Positions 61,914-64,000 of a DNA stretch of 64,000 nucleotides are shown piece after piece. The position numbers and the translations under genes were made by a program. The notes beneath the pieces were generated by a model, which was not told the DNA's origin, searched no databases, and worked only from the letters and a program-made list of their open reading frames with translations. This DNA is from the human T2T-CHM13v2.0 reference genome, Homo sapiens: the NCBI RefSeq assembly GCF_009914755.1, contig NC_060933.1; one strand, given 5' to 3'. Each line of letters begins with the position of its first letter. Within the stretch, counting starts at the first letter, position 1.

Positions 61914-63919
61914 AGTAATATTTAAAACTGCATAGTGTAACTTTTGAATTTTCCAGGCTTTTATTACATCTTTGTCTTGTTAATGATGCAGCAAATTCAG
62001 GAAAACTTATTACAGCAGGTTAATTCACTTTGTTCAACATTTGATCTCAGAGTTTTAGTCCACCAAGTTGAGGCATTTCTCTCAAATGGATTGATTTGAG
62101 ACTTCCAGGAAGAAATAGTGTCTGGTTAGTAGTTCCTAAAATGGCTTCTGATGAATTTCCGCTGAAGGAGCAGTGGAGTACATGCCAGTACGAAGGCAAG
62201 TAGAAAGAAGAAAGATAAAGAAAACAGGCCTCACCCATTCGCTTTACCTCTTGAATTTAGAAAGGATTTGTTTCCTGCCCTTGGACTTCTGTTAGGTGCC
62301 TGGACACTAAGGCCTGAAGGCTCAGTGACAGTTGCTGGTAATGTGCAGAAGATAGGCCATTGTGTAGCAGTTTGCATGCAGGACCCTCATACAGTTGTAC
62401 CCTCACACTGTTGTAGCATGGTGCTTTCCTGTCAAAGAGCTGGGAGAAGTCAGGCCAACTGATGGCTATCTAAAAATCATAGTTCCATCTGGCCTGCTCC
62501 AGGGGCTCCAGGCTGGGTTTGTGCGGTGGCTGAATAGCCACGGCGCTGCCGGTCTTCATCACGTACCGCTCTCATGAGTGCCCTGCAGAAGTAGTCCAGG
62601 ATGCTGTGTAAGCCTCAGGGTCAGCTCGTGGAGTGAGCAGGAGTGTGACTGGGGCTTTATATCAAGGTCACTTGTTACATGTGACTGTTAATGTGTTTGA
62701 ACATATGAAGTAAGATAGAAGATATACATACTGATTGCTCTATTAAGAGAGTCACATACACTCTTGAATTATGTGTGGGCTTTTTAAAAAGTTATTTTCC
62801 TTCTAAAAGAAACTTTTTCCTGATGATATTAGTAATGTCTGAAAATGACAAAAAATATATATATTTGTCTGAAATTGTACAACCAAAAGAAAAGCATGCT
62901 TAACACATAATCTTTTAAAAATAGTCTATTGTGGGAATTTCCTTCACCTTGAGATTATAAATACGTACAGTCTTACGTTTGAATTGTTTAAAACTTTGTT
63001 CGTATTTTTTCCATGTCATTAAGTATTTTTTGAAAGCAACTTGCATTGGATCTCTCATACTGATAGGTATAATTTATTTAACCATTCTTGAACAGGTAAG
63101 CTATTTCTAATTTTTTATTGGCCTTGGTGAGCATAAAAGTTATGTTTACTAAAAGAACAGGCTGTGTTTTAATATTATTTTTTATTCCTGGACTCATGTT
63201 ATGAATTGACAAATGGATAAATTTGTGAAGCATATGAATTTTAAAAATTATTTTAAATCCATTATCTACTTAATGGATTCAACTTTGAATCTTTTAATTT
63301 ACTTTTACCTCTGGTGTTAGTCACTTGGAGGAGCCTTTTAATATACTCGACCCCCCCATACACATAGCGTCATTATATGTCTTATGTTTAATATGTGAGA
63401 CAGCCTTCTGTCTTCATAACACAGGGCATACATTGCAGGCTTACATTTGTTGTCTTTGTAGACATTTTGATGGACTGTTGAACTTTGGTGTGTGCCTAGT
63501 GAATGATGGCTTTTGCATTTACATGGGATCATTGCAGCTTTAAGAATTGTGTGGTGCATCTGTGCCAACTTGTAAAGCTTGTCAGTAGTATGTTAAAGTT
63601 TTTTTAAAAGTTGCCACAATACTATGTGTGGTGTGATTCCATTATGGGAATCCGTATAAAAATATGATACACAAATGTTTATATCATAGGCAAAGAAGTA
63701 GAAGGATACTAATGAAGCTATAGATGTGGGTGGTGTTTTCCTCTAGGGAGTGAGATTTGGTTGAAGGAAGTAATTTAACTTTTCACTTTATGTACTTATA
63801 TATTTGGAAATTTTAATTAGCATATATTTTGCAGATTTTAAGAATGGCAAGGGAAGCTATATTTTAAAATTAAATGATTACTTTGAAATGGAAAGTAACT
63901 GCTTAGGCTTTTTTAAAAA

Positions 63920-64000
63920 AATAGATTTTATGTTCGAGAGCAGTTTTAGGTTCACAGCAAAGTTGAGAGGAAAGTACAGATTTCCCATATGCCCCTTGCC
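63920..64000 (-). mobile_element. 3' end of an L1M element, runs off the window
   Basis: GAGCAGTTTTAGGTTCACAGCAAA.TTGAG.GGAAAGTACAGA, typical L1MA/MB 3' terminus. Confidence 0.7.

Overview
Human genomic DNA, recognisable as the chr9q22 CKS2-SECISBP2 locus. About 1-42 kb is repeat-dominated intergenic DNA. It holds a near-full-length ancient minus-strand L1 interrupted by Alus and a complete THE1/MST MaLR provirus, and a solo LTR12 inserted into an Alu. It also holds a ~9.2-kb two-LTR MER41/MER4-group non-autonomous provirus (gag MA, integrase-end and env remnants, nested L1PA and Alus, and an unexplained ~2.7-kb insert), a solo MER41A LTR inserted into another Alu, and many MaLR, DNA-transposon and Alu copies. 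42-48.5 kb holds the complete 3-exon CKS2 gene (CpG-island CCAAT/CHR promoter, intronic MIR3153). From ~50.3 kb on lie the promoter and coding exons 1-5 of SECISBP2. Most notable observations: (1) a non-TE ~39-bp inverted repeat whose arms flank CKS2 exon 2 (possible loop-out/back-splicing switch); (2) a dual-frame SECISBP2 exon 2 with an internal exon 3 acceptor giving an alternative, mitochondrial-leader-like N-terminus; (3) a two-transmembrane small reading frame between pol and env remnants of the provirus, plus a possible captured host sequence in it; (4) two unrelated LTRs integrated within 3 nt of the same Alu position. Repeat subfamily names come from recalled consensus sequences and need RepeatMasker/Dfam confirmation; boundaries of old repeats are approximate.
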